64,000 nucleotides of DNA from a virus (lineage: Duplodnaviria; Caudoviricetes): positions 32,001 through 96,000 of IMG/VR virus record IMGVR_UViG_3300014039_000541. One strand, given 5' to 3'. The notes under the pieces were generated by a model. The model had not been told where the DNA came from and did not search any database. It was given only the letters and a program-made list of their open reading frames with translations. Within the stretch, counting starts at the first letter, position 1, and every line of letters begins with the position of its first letter. This document shows positions 10,712-25,700 of this stretch, one piece after another. The position numbers and the translations under genes were made by a program.

Positions 10712-11086
10712 TTATTGTTGGTTTACAATAATACCTAAACATTTCTTTTCATTTATACTAATATCTATCAATGCATATTCATATGGATCATCTGCATTCT
10801 TACCAAACATTACATCAATAGATAATTCCCATTTATTACTGTCATAATAAACATACTCTATAATTTCCTATCTGATTGCAGTTAATATTTCTTCTTTATT
10901 TAGATTCATTCTAAATAAGTATTTTTCGAGATCACAACCAAACATAGGTGTTCCTAATACTTCTCCAGGTTTTGTACCCAAAACAACTCTTATCTATTGG
11001 AGTAATTGAAATACTTCATCCTATGTTTCTACTTTTGGTTCATAATCAAGGTCAGTAGGAAGTTTACAATATAATTCTCTTGTCAT
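10712..11086 (-). CDS. Baseplate wedge subunit, gp25/GPW-like
   Basis: Code-15 translation contains QIRVVLGTKPGEVLGTPMFGCDLEKYLF, the gp25 T..GE...P.FG..L signature. Confidence 0.85.
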
Positions 11087-11091
11087 AATTA

Positions 11092-13008
11092 TTATGTAAT
11101 AGTCTTAAAGTTTTCCAATGTTAATTTATTATTCTATGTATATCCTATCAACTACATGTTAAATGCAGATAATGATTCATAAGATTGAACGTCTGAATAT
11201 TCTACACCATCTGGAGATGTAAATCCACCTCTAATCAATGGTAATATATCTCTGACTTCTTTTGAATTACCATTATAATCTGCATATGTCCGTGTTAATA
11301 TAATATCACCATAAGAATCAATACCGTAAAATCCTCGCTCACAATATATATTCTCATTTTCTACATCTGCGTCAAACCAAACTTTAACAGAATCAATTCC
11401 GTCTATTGCTTCGAATAATGCAGTAATGTCAGATAATGGAATAATATCCTTACGTGTGAAATTAATAAGATAATTTGATAAAGCAGACAAACATGCAGAA
11501 TATACACTCTATATATTATATCCTTCCCAAATCTTCACCTGTGTATTAACTGCAAATCTTGGTGTCTTTGGTTCAAGAATCTTATTTTCAACTGTAATGA
11601 TTTTCTACCCTGAATTATCAATTAAGTTAATGATATTATTCTGTTCATCCGTTGATAATGTAAATACAGATTCATCTACAGTGAAATAATTAGAAGATGA
11701 TGAAATCCGTTTACTTAAATCAGGAATCAATAAAAGATATACAGTATTATCCGCGAGATCAGTATCCTCAATTTGCTATTGCGCGAAATTTCGTTTACTT
11801 AAAATATCCTGAAGATTATTATATAATTCCTTCGCTTGATCTGATTGTTCACCATATACAGAAACTGCATCTTGCCAGTCACTGAATGTATTTTTATACA
11901 TCGTATTATATACATCGTAATTAAGCTATGCCATGTAATTAGCTTGTTTCTATGTATAGCCTTTAATTATTTCTATTGTGGAGAACATATTCATTCTCTT
12001 AAAGAAATATCTATAATTAATTTCATTCGCTAATACAAATGATCTAGATGTATGAGGCGCAATTAACTAAGTTAACATTATATCCTCTGATGCCGAACCA
12101 AATATAACGTCTGTATCACATTGAACTCTAAAATTATCAGCTAATGAAATTTCAGAACCATCTGTTGCATATCCAACACCTTGTATCTCAAAATATTGAT
12201 CTTGATCTAGTATTTGTTTTGGTAAGTTTCCACCTGCACCATCTGTTACTACATATTCTACATAAATAGTTGAGCCTTGTGAAGGTGTTTTTCCCATTGC
12301 ACCATTACCGAATATAACATCAATTCCACCGTTAATACCGGTTTTAACCATACATGCTTTCTAATCAAATCCTGCATCTATAAGAGAATCAACCATATCC
12401 CATAATTCACCGTTTACATAAACATTAATAAAATATTCATCAATATCTGCATAATTTCTTTCTGTGAAATTATAAGATTGCCATTTACCACCTGATGCAG
12501 TAGCTGCTTGATATTTAACTGTTCCTTGTATAATGGTTGCAGTTATATAATTACCTGCTGTCATTGTGATCTAAGCAGAATCTGCACCAAATAGAATAGT
12601 ATAAGTTGCACCATTAATTGCACAAAGGAGTTTTGTTCTATTAGGTATGAAACAAACTGTTCCATTCAAATCTTGATTACCGGTGTCATAATAAACTATC
12701 TTAACAGCACCACGAGCTGCAATAGCTCTACCAGCATTATGTCCCGCTAATCTTGCCAATCCTCTAATCTAATCAGGTCTATATGCTGTTTTTATATTTA
12801 AACCTGTTATAGAATCTTCTATATAATAGAAAATCATTCTACCGAGATGAAGAATTACAGAAAGTAACTATGCGAAAGGTGAAGCCATTGTAAATTGCTA
12901 CCCTGTAACATTATATGTTTTCTTCACCCATGCAACAGCATCATTCCATAATTGTTCATATTTAAGACGGTTCAGCTTGAATATTTTTATATCATAAATT
13001 GATGCCAT
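11092..13008 (-). CDS. Baseplate wedge protein, T4 gp6-like (638 aa)
   Basis: Four fragments join under code 15; motifs TAYRPDQIRGLARLAGH, INVYVNGELW, VIFGNGAMGKTP, VEYVVTDGAGGN. Confidence 0.85.
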
Positions 13009-13010
13009 TT

Positions 13011-14228
13011 TTATTTAATTTTCTCTAATTTTTCTAATCTTTTTTCAAGTTTTTCTAATGTTTTCTTTAAATCATTATTTTCAGATTCAAGTTTAGAAAT
13101 TCTCTATTCATGTATTTTCTTCGTCTTTTGAAGATCACCTAATACAAGTGAAATAGCGGCTGAATAGTTAACACGCCAATGATTAAGATCATCCTTATCC
13201 ATCAAATAAGATAAACCGTGTTTTTCAAGGTCCTGTGCGATAAATCCATATGAAAGTTCAGAAGTATCAAGCCATCGGAATTGAATAACATCCGGTATAT
13301 AAGTAGATGTATCTATTTCCTAAACATCTGTTTTCAATTCAATATCAGAAGAAGCGTAAAAAGCATTTGCGTAAACATTCTTTCTTGAAACATAAACATT
13401 AGTCTCTATATTACCGTCATCCGCGATATATTTTGTTTCGCCAATATCACGTCCATTATAAGATTCCTCTGTAATACCGAGAATATAATATTTCTTATAA
13501 TCAGCAGTTGTATATGAAAGTGAACCCGCGTTATATGTTTTCCACATTAATTGGTTATTCGCATAATTAAATACAGGGACTTTACCATTTTCCTAAATAG
13601 TAGGTTTTAACCATGTAATACCTGGTGTATTTGCACCATATTCATTAGACAGTGAACCCCAAAAAGATATATATCCTGTAGAAGGACATGAGAATACAAG
13701 ATTATTACCATTATAACCTATACCAGGAAGATCTTGTATTTTTCCAGTTCCTCCTTTCATTCCAAATACAATACCTCCTGACATTTTACCACCAATTAAA
13801 GGGAGATATGTAGATGTATTATAATCTTGAAAACTATCAATTTTCGTATTTACTTTATCTATTGAACTGTTAAGCGAATCTAAATTATCGTTTATAGTTG
13901 TCTTAATCTCATCTATAACTTCAGTCGCACGAACTGCTGTATCAATCGCATAAAGTGAAACATCCAGGCGATAAAGTCCTGATGCAGTATCAGATTCTAT
14001 TTTTGTTATATAATAAAATGGAAGTTGCGCTTTATTTAACGCGTCTGATATATTTGATTTTGAAACTGAATTTAACTTATTTCCTACTACCAATAATCTG
14101 TTATTAAGAGATGTTCGGTAAACCTGTCCATTATAAGTCTGCTCAAAATATAGAGTCTCTATACATGTCGCCAATGAAATAGGGTTACCATCTCTTGTAT
14201 ATTGTTGTCTAACCTAAGCTGTCTACAT
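13011..14228 (-). CDS. Tail fibre/spike protein with C-terminal peptidase S74 intramolecular chaperone
   Basis: Code-15 ORF of 405 aa; YLPLIGGKMSG fibre motif, SSDIELKTDVQEI cleavage motif, YGFIAQDLE, VNYSA and a C-terminal coiled coil. Confidence 0.82.
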
Positions 14229-14286
14229 TCAAATTATTTTCATTTAACTTATTTATTCATGAAAATATTAATATGTGATTATTATA

Positions 14287-15171
14287 TTATGAAATAAAAT
14301 AAAAACATGGGATAGTATTATCTTCAGATGGTAGCCAAGTTGCAATGTGTTCATATAAATAATACTTGCCTACCATAGAAGACTCATGTGCTGTATGGTC
14401 ACAATAAAATAAACTAATAGCTTTATTCCATGGTGTATGAGTTGTTTCACCGCGAACTTTATAAATATTATATTGTCCATACGTCCTATTATCATCATAA
14501 TAAATAATATTATAATTTTCTCCATATACTATAGTATGTTGATCATATGTATCAATTCTGTTGTCGTCAGGTACTTTACTAATAATCTCACCCAAATTTA
14601 TTGCGTGTTGAAGTACCATACCATTTATTATAACATCCTCGCTATATGAATTACTTGATATACAAATTAACGCTGATAAATCTACCATTTCTGGATATAA
14701 CGGTTTTAATGGATTTGTTATATTTTCTTCTGTTACTAATGATATAAAATCTTCTGGACATTGATTAAATATAAAATAATTAGATGTATAACCACTTAAT
14801 TCTACTGCATACATATACAATTCATTAGTATATTCAATACTAGCTGTTTGATTTATTTTAAATAATGGTGTATTTTTATACGTATATGTAATTATTCTTG
14901 AACTCTAACTATCATTTTTAGTTATATTACATACTATTAGTAACGCTGTTCCTTCTGTACTTCCCTATTCATTTATTGTATATGCAGAACAACCATCATA
15001 ATTAGAACTTATATCATATCTTGTTTGCTTTAAATTACCTTCATAATTTTCATCTTGATCTTCTAATCCAAAATAAAGAGAACTGTCTTGATAAGATAAT
15101 GTTATATTGGTTTGCTCAGTTTCATCCTTAATTATTGTTATAACATCATTTAATTTTTTATATTTTGACAT
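14287..15171 (-). CDS. TAG-recoded hypothetical protein (294 aa)
   Basis: Fragments 14965-15171 and 14287-14820 are in frame and joined through TAG codons. Confidence 0.7.
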
Positions 15172-15244
15172 ATTTTAATTTTTATTTTCTGTATCTATAA
15201 GTATATCTAAAATACCATATATTATTATACATAACTATTTTATT

Positions 15245-15273
15245 TAAACATAATTAACAAATTTTTGTATAAT
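15245..15273 (+). promoter_or_regulatory. sigma70-like phage promoter (TAAACA-N17-TATAAT)
   Basis: Exact 17-nt spacer upstream of the RuvC-like gene. Confidence 0.6.
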
Positions 15274-15326
15274 ATATGTGTTGTTATATTCAAATAATAA
15301 ATAACAAAAATATTATTTTTAATTTA

Positions 15327-15989
15327 ATGGATAAAGTTTTAATAGGATTTGATTTTTCAATGAATAAACCTGCAGCTACAATATATTTTAAAGGTTAGTA
15401 TTATCATTATTTCTGGCCATTGAAAGTTACCAATAAAGTATAGAAAATGTATGAAGATGTAAATGTTCATATAATTAACAGAAATATGTCTTCAGTTGAT
15501 ACAAAGAAAGTAGAAAATTCATAGTTGGTTTTGATTCATACTATAAGGTCTACAGATTTAGCAAATCTTATAATCTCTGATATAGATGATTTAATAGAAA
15601 ATACATTTAATCTTTCAGAATATGAATTATATGTATGTTCAGAAGGTTTATCATATGCATCAAAAGGTGACGCGACACTTAATCTCGCAACATATAAAGG
15701 TGTTCTTCTTTCAAAAATATATGAACATTATGGTGATCATCTGTCAAGACTTTATACATATTCACCTATTACTTTAAAGGCAACAGCCGGATGTTCATCA
15801 AAAGAGGATCGCGCTGATAAAACAAAGATGATTAAAAAATATATTGCATAGAATAATAATATTAAGTTACGTCTTTGTTTAGCAAATGGTTATATGAAAG
15901 CAAAAACAAATTATATTCCTGGTATTGATGATTTAGTCGATTCATATTGGGCATTAAAAACGATGATGTTAAAAGAAAATATATCTTAA
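15327..15989 (+). CDS. RuvC-like Holliday junction resolvase (TAG-recoded)
   Basis: IGFDFSMNKPA, CSEGLSYASKG, SPITLKATAG...ADKTKMI, DDLVDSYW reproduce the RuvC catalytic pattern. Confidence 0.8.
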
Positions 15990-15996
15990 TTTAATT

Positions 15997-18657
15997 ATGT
16001 CCGCAATATTAAATATGACAATCAATAATTCATATGATATGTTTGCTAATTAGAAAGTATCATCAGGAACTGTTGTAACAGAAGAAATGAAATCAGGACA
16101 ACATAAAACTACAACAGAAATGGTAGATATTAATGCGTATGATTATGGTATCATTGATGTTGGTATGACTTAGTTTGATGATACATTAAATTATACAGAT
16201 AAAGTTAAACAAGCATAGATAAGAATTGAATTATATAAACAACAACTTCAAGAAGCAAAAAGTTGGATAGAACCTTTATAGACAGAAATAAACAAAGTAT
16301 AGTCTGAATATGATGATTATAAATCACAATATGATACGGCAAAGAAAGAAAATACAAACGAAGCATTAATAAGTAATCTTAAAAATATTGTATCTAATTA
16401 TAAAAAACAATTAAAAGATTTATAGTCTTAGTTTGATAAGAATAAAAAAATTACATAGACTCATCCGAAACTTATTACTAATTATACAAATTTCTATAAT
16501 GATTTGATAAAGTATGGTAGTAAGAAAGCAATAACAAAAATAGATGAGTTTGGTAATGTTGAGCAAGCATAGCAAGTTGATTTAGATAATCTCGACATAA
16601 ATCAAGCACCGGGTATGTCTATATCAGGAACCATAACAGACGCAGTTACACAATATCTGGAAGTTACCGTATAGTCTTTAATTGCTGGTGGTGCTAGTAA
16701 TATAATGAGTAGTTTGGGAATTAATTAGGAAACATTAGGTATGGCTAAAACTATACTTAACCTTATGGATTCTGCATTATTCAATATTGTTGGCATCATT
16801 AAAATGGTTCCAACAAATATACATATGGTGCCAAGTGCTAAAGTAGCTATGAATAGTATATGTACATCTTTAAAAGATATGTATCAAGCTATATATATTG
16901 ATTTGGAAAATTAGTATTATGAAACTATTAATGATGCAATTACTAATTTGCCTACAATGTAGGAAATGTTAAAAGAAGCATAGGAAGTTCTCATTAATTC
17001 TATATGGTCAATGATAGATATGCAATGTGTTAAATACACAGGGCATACATTCGCTGAACTTTATTTCATGTGCTCAGATTATATTCATTTATATAAGGCA
17101 TGGAAAGAAGCACGCAAGGAACGTAAACGTTAGAAAAAAGAAAAAGAGGAAGCAGAAAAAGAATCTGGTATATAGCATACATCTGGTGGAACTATACATA
17201 AAAAGATAACAGTTGAAACTGATCCAGATCTTATTAAAGAATCTTTAATGGAACAATTAGCACAAGCTTCAGACCTAATATATAATTCATTTATTATTAT
17301 ATAGATAAAAGATGCTATAGATGATATAAAGATGTTAATAAGTTAGTTTAATAATGTTGATTTAGATGTATTATCAGAAGGAATAGATTCATTTGAAGAT
17401 TTAATGGATATGTTAGTTGAAATGGGTTTGGATAATGATGGTGCTGTTATAACATTAGAGAAAGCAATACAAGAAGGTATAAATCAATTCTCCAGTAATC
17501 TAACAAGTTTATAGAATTAGATAACAGCGCAAGCAATCTCATCTGGACTTACTATCGCGTCCACTGTCGCGTCCAGTACATCAATTAGTACAAGTATTAA
17601 GGCTGAACATTTATACGACTTTACGAACGATTTAAACACATTTACGATGACTCTTAATATTTACAATGATCCTACAACAAAGAAAGCAAAAAAAGAATTA
17701 ACAAAAGTTTTATCAAATGCGCATCAAAAAGATGAAACAAAGATCTTTGAAGCATCTGATGTATTGTCTATTATCAATGCTATAGATGAAGGATATGTAA
17801 TGCAAAAAGATTAGACTTTAAATTTAGTTAATTTTACATTTAAGATTCATTTCGAAATAAAAGGATTTAATAAAACATTAAACGAAACAATAGATGCCGT
17901 TAAAATCGCTAATGAAATTGCATAGGAAACTGCAAAGGAGAAAAAGAAAAATGATGCTATTGCATAGTTTGAATTAGGTATAGTTGAAGAAGAATATACA
18001 GGAGATCCAACTAAAGCAACGTAGAGACCTACATTCCAATTAGTTCATGAATTATTCTCAATATTAAATGAGATATTTCCATAGTTAAAAATAATAATGA
18101 AACTTATAAGGAACTATAAGATTAATAAAGCAAAAGTTGAAGCAAATGCATCTGGTAATCTGCTCGGTATGGTAAAAGTATTAGCCGCAATTAATAAATT
18201 ATTTAAGAAAGCTAATAAGAATAAAACGAATTTCTATACTGTAAGATCATTAAAATTATATAATTACATAACAAAAAGTATTGTTTATATAGGTTCTGAT
18301 ATAGAAGTTAATATAGATATACCAAATACAAGAAAACTTTATCTTTATTTAAAAAATGCTAATTTAAATTATGATGTAATTAAATAGGATTTACCTACCA
18401 TTCTTTATATAGATTAGGAGTCTATAAAGGAACAGATGGATGCAATGAAAAAAGATTTAGATAAAGCAAGTAATTATTTTGATGATGCCTCTTTATTTGT
18501 TCAATATCCTGATTCGAAATATCCAGATGGAACATTATTAGGTTTAGATAAAGTTGAAGATGCAGATCCAGAAATTTATTATAGTGATTCATCATTACCT
18601 TTATATGGAAGTTAGGTCTTAAGATGTTACGGTAAAGATTACGATATATATGAGTAA
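15997..18657 (+). CDS. Large TAG-recoded coiled-coil protein (886 aa), probably virion-associated
   Basis: ATG 15997 to TAA 18655-18657 under code 15; in frame with fragment 18097. Confidence 0.7.
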
Positions 18658-18679
18658 AATATATTTAGATTATGATTAA

Positions 18680-21565
18680 ATGACGAAAGAAGAAAAAATA
18701 TATTTGGATGATTTAATAACAAAAGCAATGACGGTCGATACAGATGAGATAGAAGGTTAGCAGACAATAAATCTTAATGATATAAATTTATGTGCTGTTG
18801 ATTATTCAAAATCTGATATTACATCTGATTATGATGATTTCATGAATATAGATGGAATAACCGATTAGTCCATATTATAGAAAATGTATGACGACAAGGA
18901 TTTATGGAAATTAATCATAACACCGCCGGAAGAAGTACCTGATATATTATCTGATATTGATACAAGTACAAGAGTTATAATTGAATTTTCAGACGCTACT
19001 GTTAAAGATCCAAATCCAGTTGAATATTCTCTTAATATAAAACCAGGAGATACAATAGACAACAATACTATAATAGGGTCTGTTATGTAGGAAGGAAAGA
19101 TGAAACCAATTAAATCCATATTTGAAAAAGGACATGTAATGAGTAAGAATGATGACACTGAATTTTTCAGATTATATCCTTCTAAATGTGACAGACATAT
19201 AGTATTGGATAATACATTAATAGGATTGAATGAAGATTATAATGTTGTTAATGATGTTTCAGAAATAAATGCTGAATTTTCAAAGGAAGGTTCATTATAT
19301 GCTCTTATAACTAATAACTTATGTTAGTCCCTTTTGCCATGCGTATTAGCAAGGAGATATAGAGGGACATATACAAGAACAAAAACCAGAGTATATACAA
19401 CAGATAGTTTAGGACATTGGGAATATGGAAATTGGTATTTAAATTCTTCTGATGCAAGTTATGATACATTAGGGTTAGATACATCATTAATAGTTGATAG
19501 CAGTTTATATAAAGAATATAAAGATAACGCAAAATATGATACATCTTTATTTGTTTTCGATATAACTAATGAGAAATTAAATACTGGTGTTACAATATAT
19601 GATACGTCCATTATGATGAATCTTCATGAATCACAAGATGTATTTGGTTCATCTATTATCGCAGAGGATGTTACAAAAGCTGACATGAAATCCTGGAGAA
19701 AACGTGCAAAGAAAAAACGTAAAAGAAAGAAAGTAAAAAAAGAAATAAAAGATAAAGCATACAGGTAGACAAACAGAATTAAAAATTCTGATAATCCATA
19801 TGAAGCAATATAGAAAGAAGGGAAACGTTTATTAGATGCAAGAACCAAATATGTTGATGATATTATAAAATTATATAAATCATTAGATACATTGCCATTA
19901 TGTAAATATGACCCTAATTATACAGATTGTAAATTCCTAGTAAACAACAATATAGACGGTAAAACATATACTGAAGCGAATAGATATGATGATGAATTCT
20001 CTTATATACCTATCGGAGATTCGGACCATTATTAGAATTATTATTATAGTTTACTTGGAAATATTAATTTATTATCCGGATCAACAGATACTTATTCATA
20101 GGAATATTATAATTTAATAACAGATATTATCAACAAAAGATTAGTAGTAGAATCAAGACATAGTGAAGATCTTATGTATGATTTCATGGATTTATTTAAT
20201 AAGAATGTTAAATAGTTATTCAATATATATGTGAAGAATTTAACAAATGATATTATAAAAAGAGAATTTAATAAGCTAAAACCATTAATTGCTACTTATG
20301 TATAGAATGAAAATAAATCATATAAGGAGTCTATAAGGAAATAGTTCACTGTTGATAATAAAGAGAAATATGGGTAGGAATTAGATGAAGAAGCAATTCA
20401 AAATGCAGGTGAAAAATATACAGGAGATAATGAATATAAACAAATATATGATTATATCTCTTCTTTATATTCATATGATTCAGATGAAGACACTGACACA
20501 CCTAATGAGATTTGTTCATAGTTGGCAACAATGTATACTTATATAAAATCATACGGTGATGGAAGTTCTAATCCATATAAGGATATTAAAGATAAAAATG
20601 AACCTTATATATATTTAAAATTAATATAGGAAGAATCAAAGAAAATAAGAGAATTTTGGGATAAAGTTCTAAAAGAATATGAAGATTGTTCATATGATAA
20701 ATGTTATAATTCACTTATAAATTTATCTGAAAAAATGGATGAATATGCATAGTGGCCAACACCTTAGGATATAACAATAGATAACATATATTATCAACAT
20801 TATTTGTTTGAGAACATATATCCAAGTGATTTAGATAGTTCAATTAATGACATAAGTATAGGCGATTATAATTTTCCTGATGAAGTTGATTTCCCTGAAA
20901 TACCAGATGATGTTTCAGTTGATGAAAATTGGGCTATTGATGAAATGAATAAGCATGAGTAGTTACCGCCAGATGACATAAACGCAATAACTTTTAAAGA
21001 TTTTCCATATTGGAAAAAATATTTTGCGCTAGCTACACTTATATGTATTGTTCCAACATTCTGGAATTGTGGTCTTGATATATTTCCATTTATATAGTGT
21101 ATACCTTTACCATGTATATTCATTGCTATTAAATCAATATATATACCGATGTTCAATATGATAATGGTATTTGGAATTGCTATACGAGGAATGTACCCAT
21201 GGCCAATTATTTTATATGTTAACACAAGTGATCAACCTATATCTATATTAACGCCGTTAATTGCTATATTAGATAGATTAAAAAATGTATTTTATGGGAA
21301 ATTAGATAAGATAGAACAAGTTCCTATATAGTCTTTAGCTAATGCGTATATAGCTAAATTAAATAAGGAAATTAATGATTTGAAAAAAGAAAATATTAAA
21401 TTAGATAATTTTAAAACAGTTATAAAATCATTGAATGTTCCAAAAGCAGAAAGTATAAAGAGATAGTTTGCGTCTATAGTAGATCCATCAATCGATATGA
21501 GACAAAGACTTACAAGATTAGAAACATTATCAAGAAAATCAAAAGCTAATTACATGGCTAAATAA
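18680..21565 (+). CDS. Large TAG-recoded protein (961 aa) with basic patch and hydrophobic C-terminal region
   Basis: Fragments 18884, 19100, 19334 and 21149 are all in frame with ATG 18680 and TAA 21563-21565. Confidence 0.72.
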
Positions 21566-21570
21566 TTATC

Positions 21571-22269
21571 ATGGCATATACAAAAGATAAATTTTTTACA
21601 GATATTAAAAAGATGAATAAAACAAATGACAAATATGAAGATAAGGCATACGAGTCTATTGTAGAAAATCTGTTTTTATTAAATAAAAGAGGTAAATGGA
21701 AAGCAATGGGATTAGATGAATATGATTCAGAATCTAATTCTAAATTAACTTTAATTCCTGGACATATCTATATGTTTAAATATATTACCGATACAGCAAC
21801 TAAATATAATGACGGACATATTAAGTTTGAATATTATGACACATTACCATTGGTATTATGTACGGGGAATAATAAGAATATTATATCGGGTATTAATCTT
21901 AATTTATGTAGTTATGAATTAAGAACATTAATATTGAATGATGTATATAATTTAGATCCTGATTTCTTTAATACTAAAGCATCGGAGCAAGCACATCAAG
22001 GTTAGTTGCCAATATCATAGAATATAAGTAAATTCTTCATAAATGATGATGGTTAGACAAAGTTATTAAATTATATTAAAAAGAAATATAACTTATAGAA
22101 TACAGGATTTATATTCAGAACATATAATATTAAGAAAATAAAAGATATTAGATTTATAGAACCATGGCAATGGCAATATATTCCTTTCTTAAAATATAAA
22201 CAATCAGTTAAAGAATCTATATTAAATATGATATAGAATATAACAGGGATTAGTAAAATTAAAATATAA
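21571..22269 (+). CDS. DNA end protector protein, T4 gp2-like
   Basis: PGHIYMFKY, YYDTLPLVL, GINLNL and (past TAG codons) FRTYNI...IEPWQW match the gp2 family pattern. Confidence 0.75.
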
Positions 22270-22277
22270 AATTAAAT

Positions 22278-22655
22278 ATGATTTATTTTATTTCAGGACA
22301 TAGAGATATAACAAGAGAAGAATTTAAGAAATATTATGAACCTAAAATTCAAAAAGTTCTTAAATACGATAAGGATGCTAAATTTGTGGTTGGTGATTAT
22401 CAAGGTGTAGATATAATGACTCAAGAATATATTGTATCTTTGGGTTTTTTAAATAGAATAACTGTATATCATATGTTTGATAAACCTAGAAATTTGGCAG
22501 ATCCATATATACAACGTTCTGGTGGATACAAAGATGATATTGATAGAGATTCTGCGATGACACGTGACAGTGATTTTGATATTGCTTTTGTTCGTGAAGG
22601 TAAAGTAAATTCAGGAACAGAACAAAATATAATGAGAAGAGTTAAATTTAGTTAA
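22278..22655 (+). CDS. SLOG-superfamily (YspA/DUF2493-like) protein
   Basis: FISGHRD, VVGDYQGVD, RDSAM, DIAF and SGTEQNI motifs. Confidence 0.6.
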   Translation: MIYFISGHRDITREEFKKYYEPKIQKVLKYDKDAKFVVGDYQGVDIMTQEYIVSLGFLNRITVYHMFDKPRNLADPYIQRSGGYKDDIDRDSAMTRDSDFDIAFVREGKVNSGTEQNIMRRVKFS

Positions 22656-22661
22656 ATAAGG

Positions 22662-22705
22662 AAAGGATGATTAACTTTATATATGGTTAATCATCCTTTA
22701 TTTTT
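22662..22705. terminator. Bidirectional terminator
   Basis: AAAGGATGATTAAC...GTTAATCATCCTTT between convergent genes. Confidence 0.75.
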
Positions 22706-25700
22706 AATTTAATGGATACAAATATTTGTTTATGCTATTTAATTGTATATTTGATAAATCATTACTATTACTATAAAAACCAATATCTTTTGGTGTTAAT
22801 TTATACTATCCTTCTTTTACAATAGATGGACGTCTTAACATTAAAACAACATTATATTGCTCTTCATCATTAAACATCATACGAGGATATATATTATAAC
22901 ATAAATTATATGGCATTTTATCAACATTATTTTTGCCATTAATAACTGATGCAAAATCAAAATCCAATTGTTTAATATATTGTTTATTCTATACAGGATA
23001 TTTTGTATTATTAGTATTATCTTTTTCGTTACCATTATTTGTGGTATAATAAGGATAGCACCAAGATAATTGATATAATAATGATCTAAATAATAATGAT
23101 GGTGTATAAGAATCTGTTTTATCAGGTTTATTTACATTATATGTTTTGACTTTGTTTTTACCTAAATCAAAAAACTATAATTCATTCTATGTTTTTACAT
23201 CGTTTAATGATAATATATCATTTAATGAATACTAACCATTATCTGATGTTTTCGGTAAATATTGATAACCATTACCATATGTTTCAAAATGTCCGTTAAA
23301 TGGATTATCTGTATCATAATGATAATCTTTTTCATATATATTATTCCATTTCATCATGGATTTCAGTAATTGTTCCGAACGTAATTGTATATCATTATAT
23401 TGATGTACATATACAGCAGAATTATTACTTAATTGACTATACTGTGACGCCAATAACCTTTTATTATTAAATATAATACTATATTGATCGTTTATTAAAC
23501 GTGGTAATAATATATTGGAATTATATATAAATCTTAAATAATTTTCTGAAATATCATCTTTATCTTCACATAACCATTTTTTACTATACAATTTATCAGG
23601 GATTAAATTATATATATTATTTATGTTCTATGTAAATATTGACATCTTCTATATATTATCCTATAAATATCTACACTTAAATGCAATAGAATTCCAATTT
23701 GGTATTCTACCTATATTTTCTTTTGTTCTATTAATTGTTTTTCCCTAAGATATTTCATCATACTTATAAGGTAGAATAGCGATATTAGTAATATCAGAAT
23801 TTCCAAACCATTTTCTTAATCGTAAATCTTGTTGTAATATTCTATTAGATAATGTACTTTGCTATGCGTATGATGCAATATATGAAATAGGTGCAATAGA
23901 GCATTTTAATATATTAGATGTATATAAATAAGACTTATTTACATTTGTATTTTCTAATGGTAATATATGTTCATCAGAAACTATTTCAATTTTATCAATA
24001 TATTCCTATAACGTAAATGAATACGGTTCAGGATTTTCAGATTCCATGTAAAATCTCAAATGCCATATTCCAGAATTAGCTTCATCTATAGTAAACTCAT
24101 AATAATCATTTATGATTTCTTTAATATTATTTTTATCTAATAAGTCTTTAGCAGATATATTGAAAATGTCTATACCTGGTTTTATTAAAGTAAATGATAT
24201 TTTATCTTTAGTCCATTTATATCCTGTTTCATTAGCTTCACTTATAGTAGATGAACCGTCTTTACTATCAATAAAATTATGATTCAAATATAAACGTATT
24301 TTTAGATTAGTGTAATATTTCTTATAAAATCCCCAATTATCATCATTAAAATTATCAATCTATATTGAAGTAAATGTTTGAAATTGATTACATAATATAC
24401 CATTATCATAATTATTAAGTCTCTCTAATGACTCCAAATCATTATATATATGTAACTTTATATCAGGAATAGTTCGTTTTTCTTGATAACCAGAGATAAT
24501 TCTATTATATGTTACAATATTACTATATACTACATTTTTTTGAGATTCACTTAAATCTGCTGTTTCATTATCAATAGTATTATATTTAAATGTGTATAAT
24601 ACTTGATTAATAGGAATTTCGATAACACTTGAATTATATAAATCTGTTAAAAATTTATTATCAGATATTTTATTAATAACATCTGTAGTTATATCCTATT
24701 TTGATGTAATAATACCAGTTATTTTATAAATGCTTGTATCATTATTTAACGTTATCTTGGTATCATTTATTAATGTATCATTTTCATATACACTGAAATT
24801 ACATACATATGTTAATTTATCTTTTAATTCAACATACATATTATTATCTTCAATATTTATGTTAAATATATCTGTATAATCATATGTTCTTGTTTTATTA
24901 ACAGCATTAATATTAACAAATGAAGAATTAATATCAAACTCAGATGTATAGTAATTAAAATCGGCTCTTGTAACATTACTAAAATATTTCATACCGGATT
25001 TATCACCTACAAATTGATATATTAAATGATGTCTATACCTCTATGAATTTAAATCTGATTTATCTAGCGATATTGTCATTACGGATGAATCATTATAATT
25101 ATATTGCTTATATTCATATCCTGAATAAAAACTTGTATCAAATAAATTAGAAAATTTATTTTCCTCTTTTGTTTTATCAACGGGACTATTATTATAATTA
25201 TATACTATTATATCATTATTTGCCGTATGATATTTTTTATAATAAAACTTTGTTTCCGGTAACTATACCTTATCATATGTTAAATATTGTTCAACATCTT
25301 CTGTTATTATAATACCTTTTATATTTGTATTAATACAATACTAGTTTAATAAATCTTTATTAACACTTGTATTTAATAATTTATTTGACACATCATTAAG
25401 AGTTTGATAATCATATGTATTAATTAATAATTGTTTTATATTTGTATCTTTAATTTCTTTATAATATAAATTATCATAATTTCTTATATAGTTACCTGTA
25501 AGGTCTAATGATGGCATTTTAAGTGTTGAAGGATTTTCATCTACAAAAGTACCTCTTATATAATTAGGACCATATTGGTAATGTACACTTGAATCTAAAT
25601 TATTCATATCATTATAATTCCAATACATATGTGTATATCCATATACATAATTTTCTTTAGATACATCTATATTATTAAAGAAATCATCTACATTCATTAT

